Below are positions 63,656-64,000 of a stretch of DNA of 64,000 bases, piece after piece. Made by a program: the position numbers and the translations under genes. Under the pieces are notes generated by a model that searched no databases, was not told where the DNA came from, and worked only from the letters and a program-made list of their open reading frames with translations. Numbering within the stretch: position 1 is the stretch's first letter; every line of letters begins with the position of its first letter. The DNA comes from Ruditapes philippinarum (taxonomy: Eukaryota): NCBI RefSeq assembly GCF_026571515.1, contig NW_026854607.1, positions 1 through 64,000 of the forward strand, written 5' to 3'.

Positions 63656-64000
63656 GATAAATAAAAAAATAACTTTCATCTATTAATATATATATATTTA
63701 TTTAATCTGATTTTATACTAAAAGTTCAAGATATATATACATAATTAATGAATACATAATTGAAAGAAAAAGTATATTAAAATTTTAAAAAAGATGACAA
63801 TTTGAACGTATGCAAGTTAGCTCTAGAAAATTTTATAAAAAAAAGGTGAAAATCTGATATAATGAAAATAAGCTGTAAGTATGTATTTAAGTAATTGTAC
63901 AAAATCCCAATGTGTCACAGAACTTGAAATCATCAACATTTCCACTGCATAAATATGTGGTTTTATCTTATCATAAAATGTTGAAACAAAAATCAGTTAA

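Overview
AT-rich, intron- and repeat-rich animal genomic DNA, not prokaryotic. The repeat repertoire (palindromic MITEs, Helentron-associated HINE elements with satellite cores, tRNA-derived SINEs) suggests a bivalve mollusc; this is an inference. Most ORF-track entries are spurious. Two spliced genes can be assembled by hand on the + strand. (1) A 5-exon Polycomb/CBX gene, join(24196..24249,25902..25945,36083..36148,42138..42198,45157..46059), 375 aa, with an N-terminal chromodomain and a C-terminal Pc box. It is divergent: HP1-like KWKGYP aromatic cage, no AT-hook-like motif, acidic linker. (2) A 4-coding-exon gene, join(58754..58807,58861..58893,59892..59949,60146..60555), 184 aa, with no family I recognise, four RRxS PKA-type sites and a Cys/His-rich C-terminus. 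The rest is mostly non-autonomous mobile DNA. This includes nine copies of a ~235-bp nested-palindrome MITE with Sola-like ends, two satellite-bearing HINEs (one duplicates a 62-bp segment containing an AATAAA downstream of the CBX stop), a 3.4-kb Academ-like element with satellite cargo, Kolobok-like TTAA elements, SINEs, a LINE 3' remnant and several minisatellites. Roughly 7.4-13.5 kb looks like unpolished, error-rich assembly.
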